Source: Chiloscyllium plagiosum (Eukaryota). From it: a stretch of 64,000 nt of DNA. A program made the translations under genes and the position numbers. The notes under the pieces were generated by a model that was given only the letters and a program-made list of their open reading frames with translations, was not told where the DNA came from and ran no database searches. The stretch is taken from positions 20,649,839 to 20,713,838 of the forward strand of contig NC_057720.1 in the NCBI RefSeq assembly GCF_004010195.1, in the 5' to 3' direction. Shown in pieces: positions 23,890 to 36,999 of the stretch (its first letter is position 1; each line of letters opens with the position of its first letter).

Positions 23890-26800
23890 CTGTATCATGT
23901 GGGAGCCAGCTGATCCCAGTGTGAATGGCAGTGATCACATCTGCAGCAAGCGTTCATTGCTGGAAGAACTCTGGATCAGAATTGATGATCTGGAATCTGA
24001 GCTTCAAACACTGTGGCACAGCCAGGAGGGGGAGAGTTACCTGGACGCTTTGTTTCAGGAGGCAGTCACACCCGGTAGATTAAGTTAAAAATCACACAAC
24101 ACCAGGTTATAGTCCAACAGGTAGATTAGGTAATTCAAATTCAGTTAATGATCAGCAACAACTGTGACTGTAAGTGAGGAAGGTAGGGGGTATTCTGATT
24201 TCAGGAGTGGAGGAGCCTCAGTCGTTGACCTTGTCCAACAGGTATGAGATTTTTGCTCTCTGTACAGATGAGCAAAAGGGCTGTGGACAGGATGAGCCAG
24301 CTGACCATGGTGCAGAAGGCCATTCAAGAGGGAGGAGCAAAAAGACAAGTAGTTGTTTTAGGGGATTCTATAATTAGAGGGACATATAGCATCGTTTGCA
24401 AGCTGGATCAGGAGTCCCGTATGGTGTGTTGCCTGCCTGGTGCCTGGCTTGAAAGGATATTGGAGCGGGAGGAAGAAGACCCAGTTGTTGTGGTCCACGT
24501 TGGCACTAATAACATAGGCAAGGCTAGGAAGGAGAACCTGTTTGGGGATTATCAAGCATAGCGTCAGAGATGTACAGCATGGAACCGGACCCTTCAGTCC
24601 AACCTGTCCATGCTGACCAGATATCCCACCGCAATCTAGTCCTACCTGCCAGCGCCCGGCCCATATCCCTCCAAACCCTTCCTATTCATATTCAGATCCC
24701 CCCCCCCCCCGCCCGGTTTTGGAACCGGGGTGGGGGGTGGGATCTGTACCAATGGGACGGTATCCACCTGAACCAACCTGGTAAGTGTTCTAGCGAAAAA
24801 GATAAATAGGGTGGTCACGAGATCTTTAAACTTGTGAGTCGGGGGAATGGAAAGGGAAAGCAACAGAGTATGGAGTCAAGTAGAAGGATAAGCAGCAGGT
24901 TAGCATATGAGCAGGGTTTAAGTTCAAGGCAGACTAGGAATGTAGCAAGAAGGAAGGATAGCTTAGGACATATTACTAGAGATGTTGGAAATCATGAGGA
25001 AAGGAAAATTAGCATTAAGGTGCTTTACCTGAATACTTGTAGCAATCGTAACAAAGTAGATGAATTAATGGCATAAATCATCGTGAATGATTATGACGTG
25101 GTAAGCATCACAGAGACATGGTTGCAGGGGGTTCAGGACTGGCAGTTAAAAATCCAAGGATTTACAACTTATCGAAAAGACAGGGAGGTGGGCAGAGGGG
25201 GGTGAGGTTGCCTTGTTAGTTAAGAATGAAATTTAAATCTATGGCACTGAATGACAGAGTCAGAGGATATGGAGTCTATGTGGGTGGAGTTGAGGAACCA
25301 CAAAGGCAAAAAAAAAATCATAATTGGAGTTATGCACAGACCTCCTAAGTGGTCAGGACCAGAGGAGCAAAAGATGTCCCGAGAAATAGATAGGTCATGT
25401 CAGAAAGACAAGGTCACCGTGATCATGGGGGACTTCAATATGCAGGTGGACTGGGTAAATAATGTTGCCGGTGGATCCAAAGAAAGGGAATTAATGGAAT
25501 GCCTACAGGATGGTTTTTTGGAACAGTTAATGATGGAGCCCACAAGGGAGCAGGCTATTCTGAACTTTGTTTAATTGAGGACACAGTACAGAGGTTCATC
25601 CCAAAGAAGAGACTCAGATTCAATTCCCGCCTCAGGCAACTGTCTGTTTGCACATTCTCCCAGTGTCCGGGATTTAAATCTTTCCTCTGGGTGCTCCGGT
25701 TTCCTCCCACAGTCCAAAAATGTGCAGGTTAGGTGAATTAGCCATGCTAAATGGTTTTTTGGAACAGTTAATGATGGAGCCCACAAGGGAGCAGGCTATT
25801 CTGAACTTTGTGCTATGTAATGAGCCAGACTTTGGAAAAATTCTGAAAGTGAGGGAACACTGAGGAGGCCAGCGATCATATATGGTAGAGTTCAGTCTGC
25901 AGTTTGAAAGAAAGAAGGCAAAATCGGATATAATGGTGTTACAGTTAAATAAACGTAATTATAGGGGCATTAGACAGGAATCAATGAAAATCGACTGGAA
26001 AGAGTTTCTGGGTTTAATTGAGGACACAGTACAGAGGTTCATCCCAAAGAAGAGACTCAGATTCAATTCCCACCTCAGGCAACTGTCTGTGTGGAGTTTG
26101 TACATTTTCCCCATGTCCGGGATTTAAATCTTTCCTCTGAGTGCTCCGGTTTCCTCCCACAGTCCAAAAATGTGCAGGTTAGGTGAATTAGCCATGCTAA
26201 ATTACCTGTAGTATTAGGTGAAGGGGTAAATGTAGGGGAATGGGTCTAGGTGGGTTGCTCTTCTGAGGGTCGGTATGGACTTGTTGGGCCGAAGGGCCTG
26301 TTTCCACACTGTAAGTAATCTAAAAAAAAAGAAAGATTATTGGGGCGGGGGGTGGCGTAGTGGATTAGATGGTCATGGCTGACAAAGCTAATCAGGAAGT
26401 ATATCAAAGAAAAAGAAAGAGCCTATAAATTGGCTAAGAGCACTGGGAAATCAAGATTGAGAAGACTACAAAAACAGAGGAAAACAACGAGAGAAATAAG
26501 AAAGAAGAGGACCAAATATGAAGGTAGGCTTGTCAGTGATATTGGAAATGATAGTAAAAGTTTCTTTCAATATATAAGAAACAAACAAGAGGCAAAAGTA
26601 GACGTTGGACTGCTCCAAATTGATGCAGGAAGTCTAGTGCTAGGAGACAAGGAAATAGCTGAAGAACTTAAATACTTTGCATCACTCTTCACAGTGGAAA
26701 ACATGAGTAATATCCCATCGATTATGAGAGTTAGGGGGCAGAGTTGAGTATGGTAGCCATTACAAAAGAGAAAGTGCTAGAAAAGCTAAAAAGTCTAAAA

Positions 26801-27770
26801 ATGGATAAATCTCCTGGTCCCTATGGGCTACATCCTAGAGTTCTGAGGGAGGAGTTGGTTGTGATCTTTCAAAAGTCACTGGAATCAGGGAAAGTCCCAG
26901 ATGATTGAAAAATCACTGTTGTAATCCTCTTGTTCAAGAAATGGTCAAGACAAAAGATGGAAAATTACAGGCCGATTAGCCTAACTTTGGTTGTTGGTAA
27001 AATTCTAGAATCCATCGTTAAGGATGAGATTTCTAATTCTTGGAATTGCAGGGTCGGATTAGAACAAGTCAGCATGGATTTAGTAAGGGGATGTTGTACC
27101 TGGCAAACCTGTTAGAATTCATTGAAGAGGTAACAAGTAGGTTAGACCAGGGAAACCCAGTGTATGTTATCTATCAAGACTTTGAAAAGGCCTTTGATAA
27201 GGTTCCTCATGGGAGGCTGCTGAATAAGGTGAAGGCCCATAGTGTTTGAGCTGCTGGCATGGATTGAGGATTGGCTGTCTGACAGAAGGCAGAGAGTTGG
27301 GATAAAAGGTTCTTTTTCAGAATTGCAGCTGGTGACAAGTGGTGTTCCACAGGGTTCAGTGTTGGACCGCAGCTGTTCACGTTATATATTAATGATCTGG
27401 AAGAAAGGACTGGGGGCATTCTGGCAAAGTTTGCCAATGACACGAAGTTAGATAGACAGGAAGGTAGTACTGAGGAAGTGGGAAGACTGCAGAAAAATTT
27501 AGACAGTTTAGGAGAGTTGTCTAGGAAATGGCTGATGAAATTCAACGTGAGCAAATGCGAGGTCTTGCACTTTGGAAAAAAGAATACAGAACTATTTTCC
27601 AATGGTGAGAAAATTCATAAAGCCAAAGTACAAAGTGATCTGGAAGTGCTAGTCCAGGATTCTCTAAAGGTTGATTTGCAGATTTAGTTCGTGGTTAAGA
27701 AAGCAAATGTAATGTTATAATTTATCTCAAGAGGGTTGGAATATAAAAGCAACAATGTGCTTCTGAGACT
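23890..27770 (+). mobile_element. Near full-length decayed CR1 LINE (ORF1 Zn-finger/coiled coil/esterase, APE, RT) with several nested insertions
   Basis: VVLGDSIIRG...VHVGTNNI (SGNH); YLNTCSNRNK, HRPPK, GDFN (APE); YRPISLT, DFEKAFDKVPH, GVPQGSVL (RT). Confidence 0.88.
26058..26330 (+). mobile_element. HE1/V-SINE-like SINE (5'-truncated) inside CR1; partly duplicated at 25616-25751
   Basis: SINE core and gggccgaagggcctgtttccacactgt tail. Confidence 0.8.
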
Positions 27771-28523
27771 TTGGTGTGGTTGAGGAATACCTTTTGACAG
27801 GCTCACTTGATCAGTCTACCAAATGTGGTGGCGGATTGAGTCCACCTGAGTGGAGGAGACAGCAAGAATGGTTAAGGCTGGAGAGATGTAGAAAAGGTAG
27901 AAGCTGAAAGAGAGGTTAAACAGGAGAAGGTCAAGGGAGATGAAGGGAAACCAAAGTGCAATGAGTTGTTGGAGCAATAGGCTGCAAGGGTAACGGAATG
28001 CTGTTTGTGGACCAGGGAGACTGCATGGGAATGGGTGGAGAAGGAGAGACTGCAAGGGAATGGGGGAGGAGAGACTGCAAATGATTTGGGCAGAGGTGGC
28101 TAGAGGCAAGAATAAGTAGCAGCAGGTACACCGCAATTCAGGTGAGGGTGGGATAGGAGACAGCATGGCTGCAAGATAGGTGAGATAGAGAGAGGCTTGT
28201 TGCAAAGAAGAGATAGCAGTTTTAAACCAGTCAACAAAAGTAACATTCCAATAACTGGATTTGTAATCCAAAGACTCAGGGAATGTTTTGGTGATTTGGA
28301 TTAAAACTCCATTATGGTAGGGGGTGTTACTTGAGTTTAATAAAATCTGGAATTAAAAGGTGTTGAATGATGACTTGCATTGTTGACGATTGTCATAAAA
28401 ACCCATCTGGTTCACTAATCTGATGCCATTCTTACCAGGTATGGCCAAGATGTGACTGCAGATTAACAGCAGTGTGGTTGACTCTTAATTGCCCTCTAAA
28501 TAGACTAGCAACACACTCAGTTT

Positions 28524-28800
28524 TGGGCTGGCACGGTGGCTCAGTGGTTAGCACTTGCCTCACAGCACCAGGGTTCCAGGTTTGATTCCAGCCTCGGGTG
28601 ACTTCTGTGTAGAGTTTGCACATTCTCCCTGTGTCTGTGTGGGTTTCCTCCCAAAGATGTGCAGGCCAGGTGAATTGACCATGCTAAACTGCCCGTAGTT
28701 TTAGGTGCATCAGACAGAGGGAAATCTTTGGAGGGTCGGTGTGGACTTGTTGGGCCGAAGGGCCTGTTTCCACACTGTAGGGAATTTAATCTAATCTAAA
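28524..28800 (+). mobile_element. HE1/V-SINE-like SINE
   Basis: ggcacggtggctcagtggttagcac head; taatc tail repeats. Confidence 0.85.
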
Positions 28801-28809
28801 AATGCTTAA

Positions 28810-30410
28810 AGCCTCCAAAGAAAATGAAACCGAAGGACCACCTGGCATTGACCTACACACTGAAAATAACAACAGCAAGCTCAGCCCTGTCAGAGCTGCA
28901 TAGTCCTCCTTACTAACTTGTGGGAGCTAGAGTCAAAGTTGGGGCACTGTCTCTCAAGATAGTGACAGCCATGTTCTCAGAATCACACTATACCAGGTTC
29001 CACACACCAACACCATCCTTGGTGATGTCATGAAATCAGTGCAGCACAGGTGGCAGTGCAGCAGTACAAAGGAGAGAGAATGTTGCTCTGGAAGTCTGCA
29101 ATGTTAACACTGGATCCCATTAAGTTTCATAGCATCAGGCCAAGCATGAGCAAGGAAACCTCTAATTACCATATACTTCCACACGCTTGCCAACGGATCA
29201 GTATTACTCCATAAGGATGAACACTTGAAGAAAACATAGGTGGCAAGTGTCCAAAATGTATTCTGGCTGGGGGACTCAAACACTCATCACAAAATAGTTC
29301 AGCAGCAGCATAATTGACTAAGTTGGTCAATTCCTTAAAAGACAGTTGTAAGACTGGATCGTCAGCAGTTGGTTAGGGAACCAAGAGAGTGAAAAACCAT
29401 CCTTTAACCCATTCTCACCAATGTGCCTGTCACAGATGCTTCTTTCCATAATAGTACAGGTAAGAGTGCCAACCAGTCCTTGTGCAGAGCAAGTCCAAAC
29501 TTCACATTCAGGATAGCCTTCAAGGAAATGTGACACTATAACTATACTAAATACGATTGGCTTTGAACAGATCGTACAAGACAATCAGAGGTACTGTGGG
29601 CAATCAGCTGCAGCATTTAAATTCCAACACAATCTGCAACCTCAAGCCTGGTGCATTCCCCACTCTAACATCATCAAGCAAGGGGATCTTAGTTCAATGA
29701 ATGTATAAGGGCATACCAGGAACGGTGCCTAAAATAAGGTGTCAATCTGATGAAACTACAACACTTAGATCACATACATGTTAAGCATGAAAGCATTAAG
29801 TGATATGCAGGGTTAAGTGTCTCTACATCCAATGGATCAGATCAAAACTCTACAACTCTGATACCAGGCAAGAATGGTAGTGGACAATTAAACTCACTGA
29901 CTCTATAAATATCTCCTGCCTCAATCATAGAAGAGACCACCACATCAATACACAAGTAAAGGCTGATGCAGTTGCAAAAATCTTCAGCCAAAAGTGATGA
30001 ATGGATGTACCATCTCAGCCTCTTCAAGAGATGTCTAGCATTACTGATGACATTCTTTAACCCATTCAATTCATTGCACATGCTATCAAGAATGGGCCAG
30101 AGTCACTGGAATCAGAATGTGTTCTGACAATATTCCAGATGTGTGCTCCAGAACTTGCCATGCCCTTAGCCAAGCTATAACATTGGCATCTACCTGACAA
30201 GATGGAAGATTGCCCAAATATACCCTGCAAATAAAAAGGACAAAGCCAAAATGGCTAGTTAATACACTATCAGTAAAGTGATAGATGACATCAATAGTGC
30301 TATCAAGCAGCACTTGCGAGGCAAAAACCTGCTTACTGACACTGAGTTTGGATTCTACCAGGGCAACTTGGCTCTTGAACTCATTACATCCTTGAATCAA
30401 ACACCGACAC
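28810..30410 (+). mobile_element. Heavily decayed non-LTR retrotransposon (APE/RT remnants), not the dominant CR1 family
   Basis: ggggactcaaacactcatcac (GDFN.HH-like), tggaagattgcccaaata (WKIAQ-like), gagtttggattc; similar family at 53290-54350 and 47553-49190. Confidence 0.5.
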
Positions 30411-30762
30411 AACATGGAGGAGATCTGGGCTTCATTAGCAGGCCAGCATTTACTGATTATCCCTAGTTGCCTTCAAGGTGTAGCCGTGAACTGCTTTCTT
30501 GAACCATTGCAGTTAATTTTGCAATGGCTTTCCCAGTTTACATATTTATAGTGTGTAGAAAATGAATGCTCATGTTGTGGCCTTAAATTTAATAGAGGAG
30601 ATGCTTGTGGATATTGTTGAACTTGAATTCTGCTGCGGTACGTATCCAAATGCCCCCTATATTAACACAAATCATGTTACTATGTGACTGCATCATCTAG
30701 GAAGTCTTTGTGAGAATCAAAAAGGAGCCACTGAAAACCAACAAGCACCCCCCAAAAATCAT

Positions 30763-31081
30763 TGGTGGGTGGCACGGTGGCACAGTGGTTAGCACTGCTG
30801 CCTCACAGCGCCAGAGACCCGGGTTCAATTCCCACCTCAGGCGACTGACTGTGTGGAGTTTGCACGTTCTCCCCGTGTCTGTGTGGGTTTCCTCCGGGTG
30901 CTCCGGTTTCCTCCCACAGTCCAAAGATGTGCAGGTCAGGTGAATTGGCCATGCTAAATTGCCCGTAGTGTTAGGTAAGGGGTAAATGTAGGGGTATGGG
31001 TGGGTTGCGCTTCGGCGGGTCGGTGTGGACTTGTTGGGCCGAAGGGCCTGTTTCCACACTGTAAGTAATCTAATCTAATCT
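30763..31081 (+). mobile_element. Young full-length HE1/V-SINE-like SINE with 9-bp TSD
   Basis: TSD aaaaatcat at 30754-30762 and 31082-31090; intact A and B boxes; (taatc)n tail. Confidence 0.92.
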
Positions 31082-32696
31082 AAAAATCATAAAACAACCT
31101 TCGAGAAAATCTTAAGGTCATCTCTCGGTGGTGGGTGGGGGGAAAACTCCAATTCCAGTGCTGCAGTATTTCCAGTACTCTCCTCTTATTTGCTCCATGC
31201 TGGGCATTCGCAAATGTAGCTAGTTATAATTTCAAATGAGAAAATATTTACCATTCAATTGCAAAGGTTACTTTTTCTGTTACCAAAGCCCAGGTGTGGA
31301 AAGAAATAACATCATGCAAATTTATAGCTTAGTACTACTGTACTGAAATTATTTTGCCATTTTGAAGTAAATCAGGAGTCATGTGATTATAGAATATATC
31401 ACTCTTAATTCAAGATATTCTCAGTTATCATGCAATGGTTGTTTGCTGTGGTAGCTGCAAGGTTCAAGTTTTATAGATGATGTAATATGGACAGGTTTAA
31501 AAAGCAGCAGAGCTGGATGAAAATATGAATGACCCAATTGTGTGTAGTTCTCAAAGGTTGTTCATACTGAAATTTCAGTACTCAAATTAGTTTGTAAATA
31601 GAACCATGGAGTGCAGAAATGTAGAAAGTATTGAGTACAAAAACCTATACAAAACATTTCAACTCCATTGTGACTGTTTTCCAATTCTCGCCACTGAAAG
31701 CATGTGAAGCAGTGGATTAAACATTCAGATAGTGATAAGGGAACAGCCGGGGCCCACAATTTATCTCCCTGGCTCTATGGCAATAAAGGCTGGCCTAGCA
31801 GCAATGCCAATATCCCACAAAAATATAAATGAAAATTACTTTGTTTACTTCTGTTGTATATGTGATTATGCCTAGGTTTGTAGATGAACAGGCTATACTC
31901 CAATTCGTTTTGCCCTGATAAACAATGTAGCCACTCAAGTGTTCACTGCTACAATTTACCATGTGGGAACCAATTGTTCTTACAGTTACTAATACACTAT
32001 TTAAATAATTAATTCATCATTAAGTATTAGCTTCTAAAAAGATAAAGCTTTCTCAATGCATCCACACTGCAGTTTGCGAAAATAACTACATTCAGGTTCT
32101 AGTTAAGCATAGCTTCATTTAAGATGGCTGTTGAAAAATCTCAACTAGTCGATAAGCTATCTGCGTACTTGGGTAGACAGGATGCAGCTCTCTTCAAAAA
32201 GCTAAAATCAACGTTCAGAAATAGGGAGGTGGTGATCCTGTGACATTCTTATGTTCTATTTGAATATTTAAATAAGCAATGGGAGCATGAATCGAGCAAA
32301 TTACCTTTGACCTTTCCCCAGAATTCAATAGGATTATGGATGCCCTGATTTTGAACTCAACTCCACTTTCTTGTCTGTGCCATTAACCTGTCACTTTGCA
32401 GATTCAAAATGTGTCTAACTCAGCCTTTAACATATTCAGTGACCCAACTTCCACTGCTCTCTGGGGTACAGATTTCCAAACATTACCTCAATCTTCTGTT
32501 TCAATAGGATCAGTTTTCAATTGTCTAGGAATCAAAGTTATAGGCCTGATGTGTACGTTTCCTCATTAAGACAAATCCTTTATCCCAGGAATCCGCCTAA
32601 GCCTTCTGTGAACTCCCTCCAATGCAAATATATCCCTCCTAAAATAAGGAAACCAAAACTGTATGCTGTACTCGAGACACGGACTCAAGCAAATTT

Positions 32697-33015
32697 GGGC
32701 AGCACAGTGGCTCAGTGGTTAGCACTGCTGCCTCACAGCACCAGCGACCCGGGTTCGATTCCAGCCTTGGGTGACTGTCTGTGTGGAGTTTGCACATTCT
32801 CTGTGTCTGCATGGGTTTCCTCCAGGTGCTCTGGCTTCCTTCCACAGTCCAAAGATGTACAGGTCAGGTCTATTGGCTATGCTAAATTGCCCATAATGTT
32901 AGATGCATCATTCAGAGGGAATGGGTCTGGGAAGGTTATCCTTCGGAGGGTCAGTGTGGACTTGTTGAACCAAAGGGTCTGTGTCCACACTGTAGGGAAT
33001 CTGATTTTTTTTTTT
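32697..33015 (+). mobile_element. HE1/V-SINE-like SINE within an old LINE remnant
   Basis: tRNA-like head, gggttcgattcc B-box, CR1-like tail. Confidence 0.85.
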
Positions 33016-33917
33016 AAAAATCGATATCCTCTACATTTTAGTACTATTTATAATACTTCTGTATTTCATTAGGTGGAAAAGCTACTGAGCATTGTGAAAA
33101 TCTGATCTGACACCATACTGGATTTACCAGTCAGTTTGTCTAAGTAGTGTAGAAAAAGGTCTTCCAGGTTGAGTGTCCCTATGCTTCTCCTCCTCCCACC
33201 CCTAAGAGTCAGATCATGTCGCTTTTCTTCCCAGGATATTGACATTAGTAGTTCAATGTTTGCAATGAATGCTAAATTATTTTGCACTCATACAAAATTT
33301 ATCAATGATATCAATGCATTTATTTTTCACCAAACGCACAGACATAGTAAGTTGGACAGTAGGCCATCCAGCACTTCAAGTTTGCTCTGCCAGTGTGATC
33401 ACGGCTGATTATCTAAATCAATGTCCTGTTCCCACTTTTTCTTCATATCTGTTTAAACTCTTTATAGAATTAAATCTTTCACCTTCTGCAAAACATTCAA
33501 TGCTTTGGCTTCAACAACAGTGCGGCAGAGAATTTCATAGCTTACCAGTCTCTAGGTGAAGAAATTTCTCACACCTAAATGGCCTACCCTGAGTCCTTAA
33601 ACTGTGACCCCAGCTCTGGACTTCCCGGTCATCCGGAACATCTAACCTGCAATTAACTGGTTTAGTCCTAATAGAATTTTATATCTTTCTAGGAGATCTC
33701 CTCATTCTTCCAAACTCCAGCAAACATAGACCTAACCAATCCAGTGTCTCCCTATATGTCAGTCCTGCCATCCTAGACATGCATGGTACAATTAAGATTT
33801 CAGACTATGTGGCATTTCTGGCCTGTACTTTATTTAATTATTCAAATGGTGTTACTGAGTGAAATACAGGTATGGCACCTCAAGTAAGACTATGTTGGGA
33901 CAGAAACCATGCTAATC

Positions 33918-34203
33918 GGGGCTCAGTGGTTTGCACTGCTGCCTCACAGCCAGAGACCCAGGTTTGATTCCAGTCTCGGGCGACTGTGTGTGTAGTTTGC
34001 ACATTCTCCCCATGTCTGCATGGGCTCTCTCCCACAGTCCAAAGCTGTGCAGGCCAGATGAATTGGCCATTGTAAATTGCCCATAGTGTTCGGTGCATTA
34101 GTCAGAGGGAAATGGGTCTGGGTGGGTTACTTTTTGGACTTGTTGGGCCAAACGGCTTGCTTCCACACTGTAGGGGCATCTAATCTAATCTAATCTAATC
34201 TAA
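33918..34203 (+). mobile_element. HE1/V-SINE-like SINE
   Basis: Head, core and (ctaat)n tail. Confidence 0.82.
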
Positions 34204-34710
34204 ATTTCGAGACACAACAGTTTTCACTGGCAAACTCTGTTGCAATATTGTAACAGTCCCAAATCAGATGCTCTTCCAAATGATAAAACACGCAAATGCA
34301 TTAAAATTTCGTTTAGGAATTAATAGATCTGAAACATTTAAGATTAAGTGTTCTGGCTCTTAAGAGTTTGATTGGAGGAGTGCATTTGAGATTCACTTCA
34401 GCAATTAAATCAATAACTCACTTTTAATCAGCAATTATCGCAAAAATCAATCTTGATTATATATAAAATGGAAGGTCAGTTAACACTTCTTTATAATAAG
34501 AACATATCATTTGGCTCAGTTACACACAAAATAAATTGCAATTCATACTGAAGTAGAGTATTTGCTTAGGAATTAATCAAATTTAAATAAAAAAGTTGCA
34601 CTATACTGTTCTTCAATATGGAAGTGTTCCAGAGCCAGAAGCAAAAAGAAAAATAAGCCAAAAAGGATAGACAATTATTACTAAGCAGACATGTTGTCTC
34701 TATAGTAAAT

Positions 34711-34716
34711 TTTATT
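34711..34716 (-). promoter_or_regulatory. Candidate CNN3 polyadenylation signal (AATAAA), giving a ~1.1 kb repeat-free 3' UTR
   Basis: tttatt on + at the end of a unique AT-rich block downstream of the CNN3 stop; another candidate at 34931-34936. Confidence 0.45.
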
Positions 34717-35840
34717 CACAAAAATGAACCATACACAAAGACATTTATGCCAAAGAAAATGGCAATAAATACAAAAATGAGGAGAGATTCCTACATGGAT
34801 AAAATATGGCACATAAGTAAAATACATTTAATCTAGAGCAAAAATGGGAAAAAAGCACTGCATTTCATAAAGTCCCTTTTTAGTACAGAAAGCTGTTCAA
34901 TCAGGTAACTTTGCAAATTATTCCGGTCACTTTATTTGGTTAAACATAATGAGAAGAATGATTTCAATTTTCAAATACATATTTTTGCCTCCACACAGAC
35001 AACATCCCAATGGTACTAAACAATGCATTACATTGAGGTGTATTGTTTTAAACTTAAACTTAAACTTATTACCCTACATATTGCATAACTAGATTTTTGT
35101 CTTAAAAATTCAGGACGTAAAGGTTTAAGGCGGGATCAGATTTTAAGATTTGTATCCCAGTACTTTAATTTTGATCCCATTGTAGTTTTGAACAGGCCCT
35201 TTTCTTATTTGCAGCTGTCATGTGCCGTTTCATTTCTAACCTTAGAAGAAACCATTATCCACGAACAAGACATTCTTCATAGTTTTTATTTTACGTTGTG
35301 CATTTGAAATGGAATTGGTCCCATACAAAAACAGTTATGAGAAGTTAGAGCAAAACTTAAGACTAAAGGATATGACAAACAGCTGGCTGTAAATGCAGAT
35401 TTAAAATGGTTTCAGCTCTTAATATTTGAAACTACATCATAGCTGATAGCAACTTGGTGTAGCAAATGTAGACTGTGTTTCCTCCCAAAACCCAAATCAA
35501 ACATACTATGCAAGATGACAGCAATTAAAGTCAAAGCAACAATTTTTAATTGTAGAAAGGTGCCAGGTATTTCTAAATGCTGATTTTAGTTTTTTTCTTT
35601 TAAGTCCAAGTGAAATAGAATTGTCTCCAGTAGTTAGAAGTGGTAATTACTGTCACCAGCAAGTGGCAAGTAAAAGGGATAGAAAAGCAAGACAGCAAAT
35701 ACTGCTTTTATGGATTAGCTGTGCAGAGAAAAAGGCAGCAATCCAATCTTTTGGACCTTTAAATTCATGGAAGACTGTGTAGCAAAACCAAAGCTGTCTA
35801 GCTAGTTCACAAAAGGCATAATGGGTCATAATACTGCTTT

Positions 35841-36182
35841 TTAATAATCAACACCGTGATCGGAATAGTCACCACGGTAATCTCCTTGGTACTCATCCTG
35901 ATACTCTAGGGGATAGTCATCAGGGTATTCACCTTGGTAATCTCCATCACTGTATTCTGAACCATTTGTTCCCTGGCTTCCATTGTGGATTATAGGCTCA
36001 GTTGGTGTGGCACAATATTTGGAGTCGTACACCTGCCGTCCAAGGCCATATACAGTCATGCCTGTTTGAGAGGCCCCTTTATTAGTGCCCATCTGCAGCG
36101 ATATTGTCGAAGTATCACATTTCTCTGTTGACACCTTTTGGTCATAGATGTGTCTTCTGGTACCTGGGGCTGTCATACCAGC
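35841..36182 (-). CDS. CNN3: CNN3 (acidic calponin) last coding exon
   Basis: tttctag|[16 protein letters not shown]...[28 protein letters not shown] + acidic tail ending DHGVDY*; calponin repeats. Confidence 0.96.
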   Translation of the reverse strand, partial: AGMTAPGTRRHIYDQKVSTEKCDTSTISLQMGTNKGASQTGMTVYGLGRQVYDSKYCATPTEPIIHNGSQGTNGSEYSDGDYQGEYPDDYPLEYQDEYQGDYRGDYSDHGVDY

Positions 36183-36999
36183 CTAGAAACAGTAGAAGAC
36201 ATTGGAATTATGCATACAAACATGGCATCAATATAGTTGTGAAATAAGTGGTAGCCACAACTATGAACTGCAACATGAACATACTGGCAGAAAAATCCAT
36301 GATTGCCAAAGCTAGAAATACAACATCTGAATTTTCCCAAATTCCCAGACTTAGGTGCAAAAGTATTCTGCCATCAATCACTGCTTTTCATAAATAGTTC
36401 AATAAAACATTGTGTAAAGATTACTTAACACACTCACGCACACAATCATTTCGAAGCTTAAATGTTTGGAATGGAGCTCTCAAAAGATGAGTAATCGCAC
36501 ATTAGGCTTTGAATATAGCATCATCATGACTGTCATTGGAGTCTATTACAAATATATAAACTTCAAAGGATTCAAATTTCTTGCTGTCCAAGAAGCTGTA
36601 ATAAACCTTGGGATGAAAGAGTGGAAGAAATCCAAACAGAAACTGAGCACATTACTAACAGCGCATTTTCCCAGTTTAGCAGCGCTTCTCTTTGCAGGCA
36701 AAGGAGGTGAGGTGGGAGGGTGAAATCTAAATGAGAGAAATGGCTCCAGTTAACTGCCATCATTATAAGCAGCAGTATCAACCGCCTGGAGACTGACCAA
36801 ACCACGAAGGATTGGAAACAATGTTTTCAGGCACGCAAAGACCCTTCAGCACTCATATACAGTAAATACTCCACTTCAGCTCAATACAGTAAAATCTACA
36901 CTTACCTGCAAAGAAAATTGCCTTACAGAGTTGGACCGAAGGGTCTGTTTCCGTGCTGTACATCTCTATGACTATGACTCTAAAATGCCCAATTCACAT

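Noticed and set aside
30763..30835. tRNA gene
   Set aside because: tRNA-like head of a multi-copy SINE, continuous with the SINE core and tail.
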